NCBI GenBank assembly: GCA_002633005.1
Contig: NMRA01000572.1
Span: 112,809-176,808 of the forward strand
Source of the DNA: Phoronis australis
Taxonomy: Eukaryota > Animalia > Phoronida
Length of the DNA stretch: 64,000 nucleotides
Reading direction: 5' to 3'
A program made the position numbers and the translations under genes. This document shows, piece by piece, positions 1 through 13,710 of the stretch. Under the pieces are notes generated by a model. It searched no databases, was not told the DNA's origin, and worked only from the letters and a program-made list of their open reading frames with translations. Numbering within the stretch: the first letter of the stretch is position 1; the number at the start of each line of letters is the position of its first letter.

Positions 1-159
1 CCCCCCCCCCATCCTGGATCTGCCCCTGCTACGTTTGATCTTGTGTCATAGTAAAACTGAATATTGAAAATACCCGGGTAGTCCATTTTCGGTCTAAAAC
101 CGTTGCAAATGCTCTCCGCGGCATCATTCAGTTGTATCTATACCATGCATGCAAGTCTG

Positions 160-421
160 AAATATTTAACAGTTAAACCTGAGTCTGACCAAGTCTAAAG
201 TTAAACATGGTTTAAGATCTTAATACAGGTCTAAAGAATATAGATCTCGTTAGTGAAATGAAAACTGACTTAGACCAGGTCTAAACTGGAGTTAAACCAG
301 GTTTTACTAGACCACTGGTCTAAAAGTTAAACCATCTTTATGAAATGCAGTTTATCTTTAAATCTGGTCTAAGTCCAGTTTAAACCAGGTTTAACTTTAA
401 ACCACCTTTATGAAATCGGCT
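160..421. mobile_element. Fragment of a MITE built from TTAAACC/GGTTTAA/TTAGACC motifs (Harbinger-like end)
   Basis: Repeated ttaaaccagg/ggtctaa motifs ending in tttatgaaatcggc. Only one end is visible. Confidence 0.4.
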
Positions 422-1139
422 GTATGTATCTTGAAGCTCTCAAAAGAGAAGTTTACTGCTTTAATGCAGTTGAGAAACCATTTAAAATTATGAGAAGACA
501 ATGAAGTTGCATTCGAAAAGACATGAAGAAATATATCCTAGAGTACATGTTTATGTTTCATTACATTGCGCAGTGCTGCAATTCATGAGTCTACACTGAA
601 CAAGACCATATCCTCAACAAATTCACAACTCAAGCCCACCAGTGCTCAACACGTGCGAAAATCTCCACTGAAAATTAGGAGTGGCGGCATATGCACTCGC
701 GCAATTGGCTTCGTAAAAGATCGCGACCCAAAAAAAATATCGAAGCTCCGTGTTTGAATTTGGCACTGGCAGAATTCCTTAAAAGTGTGTGTGCTTTTGT
801 GAATGTTCGTCGCGCAAAACTAAGATTCCAAAACGTACGCAACTCGCTTACCTTTCGATGACAATCAGTTTTAGCAGAACTGTTAACTTGCCTTACTATG
901 GCGGTAAAATACCCGTATTCTCATGCTCTTAACTGAAGGAGACACAATTATTTCCTATGGCTCACGCACGGAACTCGTGTCGGCATGTTCTGATTACGCA
1001 GATGACACTTGTCGAATGTATTTCATTGCTGTGGAAGAACCAACAAAGCGGTACTTCACAAGAATTTGAAGTCCGTGGCTTACCTTTCTGGTTTCCCGTG
1101 ACAGTACATGAAACATCACCACCCTGAGCTATGAAATAA

Positions 1140-4100
1140 AAAAATGAAAGCGCTCCGAGGAGTGAAACTTGGCGAAATGAACCAAAAAAACACCTTAGAG
1201 ATGAGCTAAATTTGGCGAAATTAACTGAAGAAAAGACGACGTCGGAGATGATGACAAAGATGGTGAATATGAGAATGGTGGTGGCGATTATGAACAACAT
1301 AAAAATTCATATGACGAACTTAGATGTCATAAATCAATAAGAAATAGGATACCGTCTAGTTCAATAGAAGCTAAACCAACATCAATGCAGCAAGAGTGAT
1401 AAACAAAGGAACAGCGTTATCAGAAAATCTCAAATAACTCGAAAAGTAGACGTCCTAGCGAAAAATGGAAAACCCATTCAAAATTCTATCGAAAGTGATG
1501 GTATCGTCTAATTCCGTAAATTTCTCGAAAAAAATGAAATTTTGCGTTTTTTTAAGAAACACAAATAACTCGAAAACGGTAAGTCTGAGAAAAAAATTGT
1601 TACGGGTCATTTGAAAGGCTATACTTCAAAGAATCCACATGCAAAAATTCACATCATACTCTCTTCCCGTTTAAAATGGCATTCCAGCACGACTGAAAAT
1701 AGGTCAACATGGGTCAAATCCGCCATCTTGGAAGCAACTTCTGCTTTTTTAGGTCTGAATAATAGAATGTCACAAGAAACTAACACCTGCAAAAATTTGG
1801 AGGAATTGCCCCTATAATACACCCTCTACAGGAGAAAACGTTTTTTTCCCAAAATCGAGGTGCGCATGCGCGATTGCCGATATTTCTGCCGTCTTTAAAG
1901 TCCCTATAAAATGAGCCAACTGCCTCTTAGATATGTTAAATACATGTACTTTTGTGCAACATATCTTTGTTTCGTTTTATTCCACACAACCACTAACTAA
2001 TTACTACGCATTTTGTGCCCCCCATATTATGTGCCCCCATCAGAAACCCCTTTTATTCTCTCGACGAATCACAGTAGACTGGCCTATTGACATCATCGTT
2101 GAGAACGAGCAACACATTACCGCGCTAACCACAACCTGTAGTGAGCACCTGATCGGCTGCTGGGACAGTAAAAAACAAAGTAGTTTTGCTCAAGGAACGT
2201 CACCAATTAGAAACATCGCCGACGTTAGGCATCAATGTCGACTGATAATGCAATATTACTAAGCAAAACAATGGTGTCAGGCAAAGCACCCTTCGAACCG
2301 AACAGCGGCGTAGATCTCGGATAGGGTCTGCCATCGATTCACTCACGACCCACGACGAACCAATTTTCGAAGTATTTGCACCCACGTAAAAGGTCCTACA
2401 ACAGCTACGTTTCGTACTGAATCTGACAACGGCAAACTTACCGAACTCTGTGGTGGAAAAAATACTTATTTTTCACGTAAGATGTCTTGATTATCCACTA
2501 ACAATATCCTCGGCAATAAATCACCGCGACATGGTCGGTACCATTTTATGCGATCGTGGCTCAGAAATGTCGTCAATTAACGGTGTGGGTGAATGTAGCC
2601 TACGTCTCTTTTTTATCGCAAAAAAACAAACGTAAAGATGACAACCCTTGGCTGTTACTTGCCAAACGACGGTCACAACTTGTCTTGCATCAGAATGAAA
2701 GTAAGTCGACAACAAATTCTCAAGCCCTCTTTTCTGGGACAGCACGCGCGACATATATATGAGTCATCTGTCACTCACGTGTTGCAGGCAATGTATCACG
2801 TACTCCAGCGGTGAGAACGTAGAGGTGCACACCTCTCAAGTCGCACATCAAAAGAGTACGGCGGCCGTTCTAAATAAAATATTGCACTGGCTTGGCTCAA
2901 TTAAGTGCTTGGGTGTTGCATGTACTCGAATGCACGTGACCATAAGATGAGCGCTGATTCAACTTGAGTTTTGTGGCACATTCTTTGAAATCTAATATCG
3001 GCCGGGAAAGGGTGCACTTATAAACCCCGCACGTGAACGTCAGGCAATACGGCTTTGGTCTTTCAAATCGAACACTAGTTTAAATATGACAACCTATTCG
3101 CAGTGCTAACTTTGTCCTTTGTGCTCAATATTTTGTTTCCACCTCAATCGCACTTAGATTTTCCTGCAGGTCTCACTAATCGGCGTGCAGATAGCTGCGT
3201 CGGTTACGGGTTAAGTTTCGTATGCCTTGTGTGAAATGCCTTTGTCTTCAAATGACGGTCCGTAGCGAGTTCCGTGACAATTGGCCGGTAAGTTTCCCCT
3301 TACTCGTATTCCTCTGGCTTAAACATACACGGCGCTAATCCATCCAAACGTTGTTCCTACATTTTCTTAATCTTCCATTTCGCAGTACTTTTCATTGAAC
3401 GTCCGTCCATTGCAAGGTATTAGGCCTTTACTTTTCTAACCCAAGTGCGAAAAGTCTCAGGTCATTCTTTTTCATCGTGCTGCGAGTGAGCTTTTCGCTT
3501 CGTTAAGATGTGTAACGCCGACTTACTTCCCGACATAATCCTGTAATTATCACGGAGCGACTACAAACAAATTTAATTCTCCGGTACACGCATTCCGCCA
3601 GGATGTCGCCGTGGGTCCGACAAATCTCCATTCATTGCAAACCTGTCCCCCAATGCACGCAGGGACCCTGTTTGTTAAATTTGTTCGTTAAACCCGGACG
3701 TCTTTGTGAATAAGTATTTGATGTTAGACTGAGTAAGTGGTCCCCACCGAGAACGTGCTACTGTCTTAAGCGACACTAAACTATCAAGGGACAATGAGTT
3801 GTAGGATATTATATGCACGTGGAAGTGTCGAGATCAGTGTCGTATAGTATTTGAGCTTGGTTGTCTCTAACAGTTGTAATTTTGAAAATCTGTGACTTGA
3901 AATATGCACCAGACACCGTAAGGTAAGCTTCCTGTGGCAACGGACTGTTCGATAGGTATTGGGTATCAACGATGACGTCATTTGCGTCGCTTAGAACGAG
4001 CGCCACCTAAAGTTTTTTTTCGGCGCTAAATGGGGTTCATGATGGGGTCGTACGATAGTAATTGGCGTAATTAGCTAATGCCAGGAGTAAAGGGAGGGAT

Positions 4101-7100
4101 GATATGTTTGTTTCGATCAATGATACAGATATTTAACATGTTCAAAAGTCATTTGGCCGTTATGTAGGGTTTTTAACCGGAAGTTAACAATTTCCAGTGC
4201 AGATGTAGCATGCGCCCTCTTAAAAAATTATATCCATTCTCAGCCCCGTACGTACAAAATTATAGCCTCCAGGAGCATTTGAATCTTAAAATGGAAACAA
4301 AATGGCCACCATATCCGCCATCTTGGATCTGATTGTGACGAAAAACAATAGGCTTCCAGGACTTCCGAAACTACGTGATATGTGTAAATTTCGTGATGAT
4401 CGGACGAAAATTGCGAACTGTATCGTGTGAACAAACAAAAATGAAAGCGCTCCGAGGAGCGAAACTTGGCGAAATTAACCAAAAAGATGACAATAAAGAT
4501 GATGACGAAGATGACCAATATGACGACGATGGTGGCGAGGATGAACAAAAGAAGCAATAATAACATACACATGACGAACGTAGAAGTCCGAATTCAGTAA
4601 GAAAAAGGCTACAGTCTTGAGCGAAATTAACGGAAAAGACAACGACGGAGATGATGACGAAGATGATAACGATGATGTTGTATATGATGATGGTGGTGGC
4701 GATGATGAATAACATCACAACATTCATATGACAAACTTAGATGTCATCAATCAATAAGAAATAGGCTACAGTCTAGTTCAATAGAAGATAAACCAACATC
4801 AATGCAGCAAGAGCGCTCAACAAAGGAACAGCGTTATCAGAACATCTCAAATAACTCGAAAAGTAGACGTCCTAGCGAAAAATGGAAAACATCTTTTGAA
4901 AGCCCGTTCAAAATTCTATCTAAACTGATGGTATCGCCTAATTCCGTAAACTTTTCGAAAAAAATGAAGTTTTGCGTTTTTTTTAAGAAATTCAACGTCA
5001 AGTAACTCGAAAACGGTAAGTCTGAGAAAAAAATTGTTACAGGCCATTTGCAAAATATACTTCAAAGAATCCACATGCAAAAAATCACGTCTTTTTCTCT
5101 TCCCGTTTAACATCGCACTCCAGCACGACTGAAAATGGGTCAACATGCGCCAGATCCGCCATCTTGAAAGCAACTTCCGGTTTGTTGGCTTTGTATAATA
5201 TCATGTTATAAGAAACTAATACCTGTAAAAATTCGAAGCAATTGGTCTGGTAATGCGCCCTCTACAGGAGAAAACGTTTTTAGGCCAAAATCGAGGTGCG
5301 CATGTGCGATCGCCAATATTTCCGCCATCTTTAACCGGAAGTAAACAATTTCCGGTATACTTGTAGCCAACTGTGCCGATTCTTAGCCTTTTACGTAAAA
5401 AATTGTAACCTCCAGAAGCATTTGAACCTTTAAATGAAAACAAAATGGCCGCCACAGCCGCCATTTTGGATCCGATTTTCACGAAAAACACTAGGCTTCC
5501 AGTACTTCCGGAACTACATGTTATGTGTAAATTTCGTGATGATCGGTCGAAAATTACGACCTGTATCGTTCGAGCAAACAAAAAAGAAACAAACAAACTT
5601 AGTGGAAGAGCAACATACTTGGCGAAATTTATTTCGCCAAGTAAAAACTTGCTGTCAGACCCACATACTTGGAGGAAGAATTTCCGCCAAGTAAAAACCA
5701 GAGTGCTCGGAGGAGCGACACTTGGCGGAATGAATCGTAAAGTTGACGATGGGAGGACGACGACAATCATGACGATCAAGGCGGCAATTATGAATAACAC
5801 GATAACATTCATGTGACTAGCGAAGAAATCAAATAGAGAGCATACAATTAACTACAGTAAAGAACAATAGATGGCGCAACATGACGGAATTCCAGTCTAC
5901 AGTAGGACAGTGCTGGCTGGGTCAGTTGGGGTCAACTAAGCATAACCAAAACATAGTGAACTAAAAGCCAGCCAGCTGGGTCCTTGCATAGGTGACCGAA
6001 TTGGAACAACGGTATCCGAAAATCTCGAATAATTCAAAAAGTAGACGTCATAGCGCAAAATGGAAAATATTTTGTGGAAGCCCGTTCAAAACTCTATCTA
6101 AAGTGAAAGTTTGGCAAAAAAAAAACAAAATTTGAAAAACTTGAAAATTTGCCGTTTTTTTTTTTAAAGTCAAAGTCAAATAGCTCGAAAAATGCGTCCT
6201 GTACGAGCATTTGACTGAAATCGGACACAAAATAGCCGCCATGTACGCCATTTTGTATCCGATCATGACTAAAAATAATAGGCTTCCAGGATTTTCCGAT
6301 CTACACGTCACGTGCAAATTTCGTGAAAATCGGATGAAAATTGCGACCTGTAGAGTGCGAACAGACAAAAAAATGAAAGCGCTCCGAGGAGCGACACTTG
6401 GCGAAATTAACAAAAAAGACGACGATAGAGATGATGACGAAGATAACGAATATGATGACGATGGTGATAATGCTGAACAACATCATAACATTCATATGAA
6501 GCACTTATTTGTCATAAATCAGCAAGAAATAGGCTACACTCTTGCCCAATAGAAACTAAACTAACATCAATGCAGCAGGAGCGCTCAACAAAGGAACAGC
6601 GCTATCAGAAAATCTCGAATAATTCGAAAAGTAGACGTCCTAGCGAAAAATGGAAAACATCTTCTGAAAGCCCGTTCAAAACTCTATCTACACTGATGGT
6701 ATCTTCTAATTCGGTAAATTGTTCGAAAAAATGAAATTTTGTGGGTTTTATTTAAGAATTTCAAAGTCAAATAACTCGAAAACGGTAAGTCTGAGAAAAA
6801 AATTGTTACAGGTCATTTGAAGGAGTATACCTCAAACAATCCACATGCAAAAATCACGTCTTTTTCTCTTCCCGTTTAAAATCGCACTCCAGCACGACTG
6901 AAAATGGGTCAACATGCGCCAGATCCGCCATCTTGAAAGCAACTTCCGTTTTTTTGGCTCTGCATAACAGCTTGTCATAAGAAACTAATACCTGTAAAAA
7001 TTCGAAGGAATTGATCCAATAATGCGCCCTCTACAGGAGAAAATGTTTTTGGGCCAAAATCGAGGTGCGCCATCTTCAACCGAAAGTAAACAATTTCCTG

Positions 7101-8933
7101 TACACTTGTAGCACACTTCCGGTCCATTAATTGTGCCGATTTTCAGCTCTGTACTTAAAAAGTTGTAGCCTCTAGAAGCCTTTGTCTTAAAATGAAAACA
7201 AAATGGCCATCACAGCCGCCATCTTGGATCCGATTTCGACGCAAAAGAATAGGCTTCTAGTACTTCTGGAACTATGTGTTATGTGTAAATTTCGTGATGA
7301 TCGGACGAAAATTGCAACCTGCATCGTGCGAACAAACAAAACGAGAGCGCTCGGAGGAGCGACACTTGGCGGAATTAATCGAAAAGACGACGAACACGAT
7401 ATCATTCATGTGACTAGCGAAGAAATCAAATTGAGAGCATACAGTCAACTACAATAAAGAATGAAAGCCCGTTCAAAACTCTATCTAAAGTGGTAGTTTG
7501 ACAAACACGATAACATTGATGGGACTAGCGAAGAAATCAAATAGAGAGCATACAATCAACTACAATAAAGAACAATAGATGGCGCAACATGACGGTTCAG
7601 TCTGCAGTAGGACAGTGCTGGCTGGGTCAGTCTGGGTCAACTAGGCATAACCAAAATAAAGTGAACTGAAAGCCAGCCAGCTGCTTCCTTTCAGCGGTGA
7701 CCGAAGGAACAACGGCATTCGAAAATCTCAAATAATTCAAAAGTAGACGTTGTAGCGCAAAATGGAAAATATCGTCTGAAAGCCCGTCCACAATTCTACG
7801 TACTTTGATAGTGCATACAATCAACTACAATAAAGAACAATAGATGGCGCAATATTACGGACGAGGCATGCTTTACAGTAGGACAGCGCTGGCTGGGTCA
7901 GTCTGGGTCAACTAGGCATAACCAAAACAAAGTGAGCTGAAAGCCAGCCAGCTGCGTGTGAACAACGGTATCCGAAAATCTCGAATAATTCAAAAAGTAT
8001 ACGTCGTAGCGCAAAATGGAAAATATCTCCTGAAAGCCCGTTCAAATCTCTATCTAATGTGGTAGTTTGGCAAAAATCCAAAAAATTTTCGAGAAAATTG
8101 AAAATTTGCCATTTTTTTTTAAATTCAAAGTCAAATAACTCGAAAACAGTAAGTCTGAGAAATACGCTCTCGTAGACTTTTTGAAAGGCCATACTTCAAG
8201 GAATCCACATGCAAAATTTCACGTCATTTGCTCTTCCCATAAAAAATGCGACACCAGAGCGATTGAAACCGTGTGAACATGCCCCACAGCCGCCATCTTG
8301 AAAGTGACTTCCGGTTCAATAATTTTTTATAAAAGCTTATTCAACTCAACAAACACGTGACCAGTTTGAAAGTGATTGGTTTGCAAATGCGCCCTCTACA
8401 GGAGAAAACGTTTTTAACCGTATTTCCCGGTGCGCATGCGCCACGTCCAATATTTCCGCCATCTTTAACCAGAAGTTAACGATTTTCGGCACAATTTTAG
8501 CACATGCGTTCTAGTATATTCGTGCTGATTTTCAGCCATGTAGGTCAAAAAATGCGGCCTTTACGAGTATTTGACTGTGAAATCGGATACAAAATGGCCG
8601 CCACGTCCGCCATTTTGTATCCGATCATGACCAAAAACAATAGTCTTCTAGGACTTCCGGATCTACACGTCGTGTGCAAATTTCGTGAAAATCGGACGAA
8701 AATTGCGACCTGTAGAGTGCGAACAAACAAAAAAAAAACAAAAAACTTGCTGTCAGACCAACATACTTGGCGGAAGAATTCCGCCAAGTAAAAAACCTGA
8801 TGGAAGAATTCCGCCAAGTAAAACCTTAGTGACAGAGCAACATACTTGGCGAAATAAATTCATTTCGCCAAGTATGTTGCTCTTCCATCAAGTTTGTTTT
8901 TTTACTTGACGAAATAAATTTCGCCAAGTAAAA
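1140..8933 (-). mobile_element. Head-to-tail array of ~5 Helentron/DINE-like (HINE family B) units
   Basis: Near-identical bodies recur, with 3' ends at ~1140, 4441, 5698, 6372 and 7341. On the - strand: 5' subterminal repeat ACTTGGCGAAA with adjacent inverted copy (8745-8930, 5610-5697), 3' TTTCGCCAAGT followed by hairpin CGCTCCnnGGAGCG, GAT/GAC microsatellites, insertion in T-rich sites. Confidence 0.75.
1899..4172. mobile_element. Old TTAA-flanked non-autonomous Kolobok-like element splitting the first HINE unit
   Basis: TTAA at 1895-1898 and 4173-4176. Degenerate ~50-bp TIRs (agtccctataaaatgagccaac / ttggccgttatgtagggttt). Flanks rejoin to match the intact HINE site near 5325-5345. Weak KolX-like GLAPCMFKPE on - strand at ~3312-3341. 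Confidence 0.65.
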
Positions 8934-9467
8934 ACACGACCACACTCGGTTGGTACATGACCAACGATTTTGGAAACTCCACTGACGTTATTTTGGAGGC
9001 ATTGTTTTGAATACTAGCAGATAGGGGCCATTGTTCCATGTCTGTTTAACACATGTTTATGTTAATGACTCACTCCTGACACCAAAATGGAACCGCCCAA
9101 CCACAAGCAACAGCTAAAGAAATCAATTTGTATTTAAGTGCAAGTCAAACATTCTTTCCACATTTACGTGTTGAACTCTTGATTTGCCTGTTGACTTTTT
9201 ACATGATGTGATTTTGCTTTTTTACTGGATGTGTTTTTCCATCATTATTTGCGCAGCCGACAGACCACCCCTATTGCCTAATAGTAGTATCATCCCATTG
9301 TTGAGCACCTGCTTTGAACAAATTCTGGGAGGTCGGTGTTAGCTGTTCAACACAGAAAGAAATATACAATGTATATAAAATGTTACATTGTTCAAATTAG
9401 GTTCAAAGTATTTAGAAGGAAGACCAGCTGTCAATCATTAGCATGTGTTTCGTTGCCAAAGTAACTA

Positions 9468-10392
9468 GGCAATGACCATCGCCTCTGTTGGCCCGAACCA
9501 GAGGCGAGGCAGAGACTATAGGCACTCTGTACGCCGGAAGCTTTTCAGCGAATTATGCCTCGCACCGACTAAACCATCAAAGTCACGCTGTTAGAAATAC
9601 CTTTTGCGCATAGAGGAACACCTGAGGAGGTTGTCGATGTGTTTAATTCCTTCCAACTCGAACAAATACTCCCATTATCAAACTTTTTCTTCGAGCAGTC
9701 CCTATTTCAGTCCCCAAAATCGTGAACTCCCCATTTTTATACTGTGCACGCTCCAATTTTTACCGCGTACGCTAGGTGATGTGACTTCATGACCTCAATC
9801 TTTAAATAGGCCAAAGGTGAGCCATTGCGGTCTTGTCAGTCAAATGTTCGTTTCCAAAATGCCACCACTTATACTTGTCTTTAATTGGCATTACTTGAAA
9901 CTGATTGTATTTCAATGAATTATTGTTTGTATTTGATAAAAATAAATGCTGTTGATATGACATTTAATAGTCTTTGTGCACCTATTTGACATTTTAATGT
10001 TTAACAACACGGCAAATGCACGGCTGGTTCTCGGCAGCACGTACGCGAAGGGCGGGAACTTCAGCTTTCAAAGTTCGCCGGTAGGTCCGCAACTTCTGAC
10101 CTTCGGCCTGGTTAAAAAAATGAAAATGTTGATTTCACGATTTTGGGAACTGAAATAGGGACTGCTTGAAGAAAAAGTTTCATAACAGGAGTATTTGTTC
10201 GATTTGGAAGGAATTAAACACATCGACAACCTCCTAATGTGTTCCTCTATGCGCAAAAGGTATTTATAACAACGTGACTTTGATGGTTTAGTCGGTGCGA
10301 GGCATAATTCGCCGAAAAGCTTCCGGCGTACAGAGCACCTATAGCCTATGCATTGCCTCTGGTTCGGGCCAACAGAGGCGATGGTCATTGCC
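9468..10392. mobile_element. MITE with ~270-bp TIRs, TA-flanked
   Basis: GGCAATGACCATCGCCTCTGTTGGCCCGAACC at the start and its exact reverse complement at the end. TA at 9466-9467 and 10393-10394. Arms are about 9468-9738 and 10118-10392. Confidence 0.9.
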
Positions 10393-10769
10393 TACAGGGT
10401 AACTAGAGGCAGCATATCTGTACAAAGTCACCTGCTTCCCATAGCAATACATGACGATCTAGCGTAGTCTTGCGTGATCTCACTTTTCTCTCAAGAAACT
10501 TGCCCTACTGAAAGCACGTCTATCTGTAAGAATACCTCAGTTCCACGACATGACGAGCAGTGACTGAGGTACGTAAAAACCCAATCACGCTCGGGATCAC
10601 GGGGCCACTGGCGTGTGCGCTATTCCACTTCAGGCCATCGAAGTCCGTTACTGCAATCCCTCGACGTATATTTTAACTGAAAGGCTTGAAGCCCGACGTC
10701 AGTGTAACTCCGTGAGGGTAAAATCGGTCCTTTGTGCAGCAAGCACCCACTCCGGACTTTTCAATAATT

Positions 10770-10864
10770 TCAATTTTAACCGCCCATGCGTGGCTTACCG
10801 CCCACCCCCTGTTTTTTTAGATTCCCAATTTAAGCGCCCAGGGCGGTAACTCGGACGAGTACGG
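10770..10864. mobile_element. Right end of a pogo/Tc2-like MITE
   Basis: ttaaccgccca/ttaagcgccca subterminal motifs ending TACGG|TA, related to the 18170-20583 element. Confidence 0.55.
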
Positions 10865-11637
10865 TAGTACTCCAGTATGTTTGCTATATGTGTGTGGTGA
10901 AATACTCTCCATCATGAGAGTTTTCAGTGCCATCGTCTATTGATTATCTCTTGGGAGCTTATCAAGGTTTTGCCTGTGGTAGCTGATGTACGTAACATTG
11001 GTAAAATAGCTGATGGTAGTAGTTCTTGGTAAATGGATTAGAATTATTTCTCTGTGCTCTAAAGTGGTCCCAAGTGCTTGGGGAAGACAGAATGGATAGT
11101 GACTCATAACTTTCAGGTAGTCAACTGCCAACTGTATTGTAAGGGTAAATCTCATTGTTGCAACTAATTCTTATCAGTCAGCCTTTGTGATTCATTCAAA
11201 AACCATTAATTTGGTTCCGTTGAAACAATTGACATTGAGTGTAGCTTCAATTCAGTTTTTGTTTTAGGATTTCAGCTGTCATGTTGTCATAAATATTTGT
11301 GATTTCTTATCAGTGAATGTTAATATATAACTATATATCCATTACTTACTAACATTTTCTTTCATTAAAATTAATTTATGATTGTCAAATTCTTGATATC
11401 AAGATCAACTCCATCTAAAGCAAAGAAAGCTTTTGATTTTCTTCTCAAAACAAGTTTACAGAAAAATTGTTTCGAAAATTTTTTAATTAGGTTTAAAACC
11501 CAATTTATTTCACTGCTTATAATTTTCACATTTTGGCTTTGTGTTGTTTTCAGTATTCTGTGCATTTCATGTAAACCCTTTGGTATGCGTGAAAAGTTTG
11601 AAACATTATGTCAGTTAACTTTCTGTTTCTATTACAG

Positions 11638-11775
11638 CTTGCAACACTAGAACGGCAGGTGTTTGATTTCTTAGGCTACATGTGGGCGCCCATCATTGGC
11701 AACTTTCTGCAGATTATTTATGTCATCGTGGGGTTATTCGGTGCATTCCAGTACAGGCCGAAGTTTTTAATAGTG
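11638..11775 (+). CDS. NKAIN: NKAIN coding exon 2 (LATLERQVFDFLGYMWAPIIGNFLQIIYVIVGLFGAFQYRPKFLIV)
   Basis: Translation matches the NKAIN signature ERQxFDFLGYxWAPI. Flanked by ttacag and gtgagt, 138 nt, phase 0/0. Confidence 0.96.
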
Positions 11776-13011
11776 GTGAGTGCTTGCTATATAAAATGGT
11801 ACTCTTTACTCATTTCATATCATAATATAACTTCCAAGTCTTCCGCTATCAAAGTTTATTACAAATTACGGATTAATTTATTGATTGGGTTCTGACCATA
11901 GACATCTTAATACTATAGACCGGGCGCACGCACTACTGCAGCTGACAACTTGACGCCATATTGGAGAGTGTTACTAGTCACGTGACACGGCCGATCGCCG
12001 TATGAACAAACGGGGTAAATTGCTCTTTTCAAAGCGCGATATCTAACAAATAAAGAGGCAGAAGAGTGTGATTTTTTCTGGAAACATAAAAAACGTGATG
12101 TCACACTTACATGCGTTCTTTTAAGTGTCAATCAGTCGATAGGGAAACTGTCAAGCTAATAGAAGATCACAACCAGTGGCAAATTCTCGAATTGTCTGGG
12201 CGGCTGCTTGCTTGTTATCCATTGTGAGTGTTTTATTTATTTTTTTTTTCAAGAGAAACCAGTAAGATTGCGCAAATTTATTATTTAATTCGTGTCGTTC
12301 GATGCAAATACATTATATCCAGAAGACGTGCTACTTACTTGGGATGTACTTTTGTTGTGCCCCAATAAGCCTTAGTTTTCAGTATTAGAAGGGTCTAAAT
12401 TTAATGGAAACAACTGTGAAAAATGACCTCATTGGAGTCATATAGATAAATGACAGGCTTTTAAAGTTCATTAGGGCGTTCTCCCGTTCCGTGACTTTAT
12501 CAGATGTACTGCGGTTGTGAGCGTGTGATATTCTTAATTTCGATTATATAGTCGGGCGATTTTGGTGATTCAAAAATTTTAAGCCTGACCAGTATTTGAT
12601 GGGGAATTCAGAAATGTCTCTGGTTTATGTTCAAACATTTTATAACTTAACTTATTTTTAACAGCACAACTCAGTGAGTCAATAAGATGTGATCTTATTG
12701 GAGATAAGAGCAACTATCGAACAAGAGAGAGTTGACACTCCAACCCTAATTGCCAGAACGGACTTGATCAGTTATCAGTGTAAGATATTGGCTACGGTGG
12801 TCATCTGTCCAACTTGTTCTATACAACCTAAACTAGTTAGACTAACTGGGAGAACTCCATGATGTCAAAAGCAAAGAACAGACTCCATTCCTCTGCTGTG
12901 CATCGCTCGGGATTGCCAATGGACAAATATTCTTCTCTCACGCACGGTATTCCTTTCTCACGGATCTGAAGTCGCCCCCGATCAAGCGCCAAGCACTTGT
13001 CGGGGTTTTAA

Positions 13012-13200
13012 AGTATCCCCACACCGTGTAATTGTAGTATCCCCACACCGTGTAATTGTAGTATCCCACACCGTGTAATTATGTGCTCACAAAGGGATCA
13101 CCTTGCTTCCACACATTATTTCGAACCGTTCCTATCTCCTATCCATACCCGACTGTTCCTATCTCCTATCCATACCCGACCGTTCCTATCTCCTATCCAA
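13012..13200. repeat. Two adjacent short tandem repeats (24 bp x3, then 27 bp x3)
   Basis: gtatccccacaccgtgtaattgta x3, then ccgttcctatctcctatccatacccga x3. Confidence 0.9.
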
Positions 13201-13710
13201 CCCCGCCCTTAATCTGATATACGTACTGCGCGTCCCTCAGCCGCCGAGAAATTTAAAATGAATTCTTCTCCCACCCACACTTGACCTCAGTTCTCACATT
13301 TCCAAATTTGACTTTTATAGTAAGAAAACTTGGCTGCAATAGGAAGATTCTTAACATGTGGCCAAGTATTTTGGAATAGTCTAAATGCAGTTCAGTAGTC
13401 AGATATTATATCCTGGCACGAGCAGTGTAAAAATGGCCAGTTGCCAAGTTGGGCAACTGAACGAAAGACTGTTCGAAAAATTGTGATTGTTTTCGCTTCA
13501 GCTCAGCTTCCCCACATCATATTCCTGGTATGCACACTGTTCAGTTCTTTCACTCCCTAATTGCGGCATATATTGGAAAACAAGATTTCCCTTGCCGGAC
13601 GTTATTCAGGTGACCCCCAGACCTAAACATCCGCGTATCGAACATTGTTGAAAGATTGCCAATTGCGGGTATCATGTCTGCTTATCCCAACCCCCTGTTG
13701 CGGAGGAACT

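Noticed and set aside
2638-2700. ATG-started, phase-0 segment ending at gtaagt (MTTLGCYLPNDGHNLSCIRMK) as candidate NKAIN exon 1
   Set aside because: Lacks the hydrophobic MGxCxxRxxLxxxCxLQ character of NKAIN N-termini and lies inside nested transposon sequence. Exon 1 is probably upstream of the window.
962-8909. Many 60-198-aa ORFs with Ile/Val-rich or Asp-rich runs
   Set aside because: They are translations of GAT/ATC microsatellites and non-coding HINE bodies, and frames are not kept between copies.
8745-8930. Short palindromic repeats with spacers, superficially CRISPR-like
   Set aside because: These are reiterated HINE subterminal repeats. Spacers are not unique or regular, there are no cas genes, and the context is eukaryotic.
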